Part shown: positions 61,031 through 64,000 of the stretch, piece by piece | How the letters are laid out: each line of letters opens with the position of its first letter | How positions within the stretch are numbered: position 1 is the first letter of the stretch | Assembly: GCA_044892505.1 (NCBI GenBank) | Contig: CM097882.1 | Location: 172,422,001-172,486,000 of the forward strand | Length of the DNA: 64,000 nt | From: Schmidtea nova | Lineage: Eukaryota | Direction of reading: 5' to 3' | Translations under genes and position numbers: made by a program | The notes under the pieces: model-generated | What the model saw: only the letters and a program-made list of their open reading frames with translations | What the model was told of the DNA's origin: nothing | The model's database searches: none

Positions 61031-62839
61031 GTTATTAAAAGATACAAATTAAAATTTTCCTTTATGATATTTAGTAAATATAATACATTTAATATTTTAA
61101 TGCATGTACGCTAACTAGTAGGAAAAAATTAATTAAATTACTCATTATTTATTAATAGAATTATATTGAAAAATAAAATGATGATATTTATGATATTTAG
61201 TAAATATAATACATTTAATATTTTAATGCATTTACGCTAACTAGTAGGAAAAAATTAATTAAATTACTCATTATTTATTAATAGAATTATATTGAAAAAT
61301 AAAATATAACAAAATATTTATTCACCAATTTTTATCAAAAATCGATCTATATCTCTAAGTCGTTTATTTAAACGCCTGTAGAGTTTACAATTGAACTTAT
61401 ATTGATAATTCTCATCTGGAAATTCTCGTAAGTTAATCACACCTTTTACACGCATATTTCGTTTGAATTCTAAATATCTGAATTCTGATTTAATAATCTT
61501 CTTTTTACGTTTGCGAATAAATACATTAACTTTAACCATTATCATACATATATGATTTTTGATACTAGCCTTTTCATGAATTGTTGGTAAAGGCCTAGGT
61601 AAAGGTGGTTTATAATTCCTATTCAAATAAATAGATTTTATGTCATCTGAGATTACATAACTGGAATCATATTTACATGACTTGAAATTATAAGAACGAT
61701 TTTGGCAATAATTCTAAATTTAAATATTAAGATTTAGATTTAATTAACAATATCATACATTCTCTTCAGCGCCTAATGACGTACAGTTTGATTGAATATT
61801 TCTTCGGCAATACATAGCAGATAAAACTTCGCATTAGTTTATTGTTTAATAGTCAGTAGTTCTAATATACAGTTAATTAAAATAAATAATAATTATAAAA
61901 ATCTTACAATTTACTTAGAAAGTTAACAAACAATGTGATTTCAAAAGGATAAGTGAGAAACTTTATTTATTTAAACAAAACAAAATTTGTCAAATTGATT
62001 AATTAACAAAATATTTTGACATTAAAATAAAAGAATTTTTTGATATTTTTCAGCAAATTCATAAAAATTAACTAGAAAAGAATTTGTTAAACAATAATAC
62101 TTACGAATTTATGTGTTTCACTCGTTTAATTTAATTTGTTTCTTGCATTTTTTAAAAATTTTATTTGCTAGCTTGTAATTCAAACATTTTTCATCCATCT
62201 CTTAAAAACAGTCGGGTAAGTTAGGATTTAATTATTCGTATATTAGTTAAAGATACAATCCTCCCTGGCAGCGATCTTGTATTTAGCTGAAAAAACTTAT
62301 TAATAAATGAACTACAAAAAACCGATAAAATTCTGTTTAATCGATCTGACATTTTCAATTTTTATTGACCCAGTAACATCATTATAATACATATTGTTGG
62401 GTTTTAATTAAATAGATAAATAACAGTTTATATATCTGACTCGTATTTATTAAATCAATCTGTTGGGTGGTCTGGTGAATTTCCATGACAAACCACACTT
62501 CATGGAAATTACAAATCACTCGTACATACACCCGTGATTATTCCAAACAACCACGTTGGTAATGTCTATTGCCGCCTTTGAAAATTAGAGTGCAGATGAG
62601 CATAGTTATCACGACTAATCTCCACTAAATTCTCACAAATGGGTTCACTTATGTGGATGGAAGACATTTAATACTGCTTTCTTGCCAAACTGGACATAAA
62701 TTTTCGGCATTCTATTACCTTTACATACTTTAGCCTATACCTCCTAAAACAACTCCATATTTACTTTCAAGAACATGAAACAAACATATATTACTATTAT
62801 GCAAAAACAACTACAATAAAATTTATTTTTGTATGTACA

Positions 62840-63330
62840 TTTACAAGAGATTTATCTCGTTTAACAGGTCCAATTTGGTTAAACTGTCGAGGTATTCCAA
62901 CTGTCTCGTTACTTGTCTATCGAACAAGCTTTCGTGTCGTTGCTTCATTTTTCGTCTCTTTTTAGCACTAAGTCGAGCGTGTTTCGTCTTTTAAGGCACT
63001 ACGTTCTGTTTGGTTTCCATCACTTTGGTCTGTTCAATTGGCGTAGTACTCCAATCTCGAAGAGTGATAGGATGAATTTTCCATCTCAACTCTCATTGTA
63101 TAAATTCTTGGATCATCTCTTTCCGGCAATTATTTAGTTCGAAATGCTTCGCACTTAATATTTCTTCCGATTTCTCATTAGCCCTTCTAAGATGATCGAT
63201 CTTCAAATGGGCTTTCTTTATTTTGACCGCGGAGAAGTATGACTTTCTAAATCGATAATTTTCTTCTTGAATTGCTCTAATACCTTCTCCCAAGCTCGTT
63301 ATTATCTGGCACACTTACATAACCATATGC
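62840..63330 (-). pseudogene. Diverged, stop-disrupted homolog of the 35428-35859 ORF
   Basis: SYFS...ELNNCRKEMIQEFIQ*ELRWKIHPITLRDW...SAKKRRKMKQR aligns without gaps to SYFS...ENNKCRRIITQNFVVTQLTDLVRPLTLEKW. Confidence 0.65.
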
Positions 63331-64000
63331 CTTTCCCTGATATCACCGTAGAAGTAGACATTAAGTTTAAGGTAAAAAAAATATAATAACCATATATGAT
63401 AATTTACGAAATCAATTCGCTACCATTCCACTAAGTTCCTTGCAATTACTCCAAACGAGTATACTGCCCTTATCAAAATAATTTTACTCGCTGATTATTA
63501 TACCTCATACTAAACTACATACATTCAATTTACCACATACAGCTAAAGATAAGAGAGAAAAACATATATTTTTTACTAAAAAGTTCATGACTATTAGTTT
63601 TTTGAGAGTTGAGGTCTTTAGTCTAAAATTAGGAGACTGATTATTGATATCAACTCTTTACGAGAGATTGTACCATTTTGCAATATCTCTGAGATGCACT
63701 TGATTCCAATGAGAATCACTTGGAAGTAAGACGAGAGGCTGATGTAGTCCCTTTCGGCGTCTATCGGCTATTTATGGCTACCATGCCACAAGGTCTCTAC
63801 GTCAAATCCACGCAAATGAAGAGATATTGCCGGCTCGTTTCTGGCGTCATCCTAGAACTTTAGGATCCTCTCGATTTTACTCTCAACAACCAACCAGGAG
63901 CATTCGAAATATGAACTTGAATGGTGGAAATAGAGTCGATAATTTTTTAAATTTCATCAATGTTTGGCCTGATACTATGCGAAATATCATAAATTTAACA

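Overview
AT-rich eukaryotic (animal-like) genomic DNA read with the standard code, with several assembly gaps. The whole window lies inside one axonemal dynein heavy chain gene (DNAH10-like, + strand). I could trace 20 exons (about 3.8 kb coding, 2361-61030) with GT-AG boundaries and consistent phases; the only unverifiable join runs through the gap after 2993. Introns are either minimal (44-51 nt) or very large and filled with transposons. The main feature is a 17.2 kb, almost fully palindromic element at 9397-26638. It has 5'-AGTAGGTAG...CTACCTACT-3' ends and a 6-bp target-site duplication (CGCGTA), the signature of Maverick/Polinton integration, but no visible polymerase, integrase or capsid genes. 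Its two ~8.2 kb arms carry TF-motif-rich repeat arrays and an intron-containing RING gene (intact in the left arm, nonsense codon in the right), and they enclose a 0.8 kb spacer with a small spliced orphan ORF. It sits inside a decayed Gypsy element. Other content: two Penelope-like families carrying minimal hammerhead ribozyme motifs in inverted repeats; a NeSL-type (Ulp1-RT-REL) retrotransposon enclosed by mariner TIRs; piggyBac, hAT, Tc1 and Tigger remnants and MITEs; and two diverged copies of an unidentified ORF-bearing repeat. All homology calls come from motif recognition by eye; no database searches were run.
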